In this document: piece by piece, positions 63,953 to 64,000 of the stretch
Position numbering within the stretch: position 1 is the first letter of the stretch
How the letters are laid out: every line of letters starts with the position of its first letter
Assembly (NCBI GenBank): GCA_030704615.1
Contig: CM060731.1
Location: forward strand, 37,014,001-37,078,000
Source of the DNA: Takakia lepidozioides
Taxonomy: Eukaryota; Plantae; Bryophyta
Direction: 5' to 3'
Length of the DNA: 64,000 nucleotides
The notes under the pieces: generated by a model
Seen by the model: the letters and a program-made list of their open reading frames with translations, nothing else
Told to the model about the DNA's origin: nothing
Database searches by the model: none
Position numbers and translations under genes: made by a program

Positions 63953-64000
63953 AGAGAGAGAGATAGTGTGTGTGTGTGTACTCATAAGGACTAGGTAGCA

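Overview
Eukaryotic nuclear DNA from a land plant, most likely a seed-free lineage (bryophyte, lycophyte or fern). This is inferred from COMMD3, a NANP-like HAD phosphatase, type D/G nsLTPs and a DIRS-type retroelement occurring next to EMS1, ARF1 and CPP1. Intact host genes: COMMD3 (intronless, head-to-head with a 6-exon ARF1), a 2-exon EMS1 LRR receptor kinase, an 8-exon NANP-like HAD phosphatase with a probable plastid transit peptide, an intronless BAH-only EBS/SHL-like gene, and CPP1/CDF1 (last exon not found in the window). The rest is largely mobile DNA: a nested TE stack at 3.5-13 kb (SWIM-finger pseudogene, LINE, young deleted chromovirus, second Gypsy LTR+gag), three nsLTP pseudogenes in an inverted triplication, a degenerate DIRS/PAT-like tyrosine-recombinase retrotransposon, a complete 6.5-kb non-autonomous CACTA element with TIRs and TSD that carries captured PPR and OSB-PDF fragments (Pack-CACTA), a gag-only Copia interrupted by a SINE, and a LINE family that repeatedly inserts beside (CT)n tracts. 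Best leads: the Pack-CACTA, the BAH-only H3K27me3-reader-like gene with a 3x124-bp tandem repeat over its predicted transcription start, the nsLTP fold-back, the DIRS element and the CT-associated LINE. All calls were made by eye, without database searches; exon structures are predicted from GT-AG sites and frame continuity.
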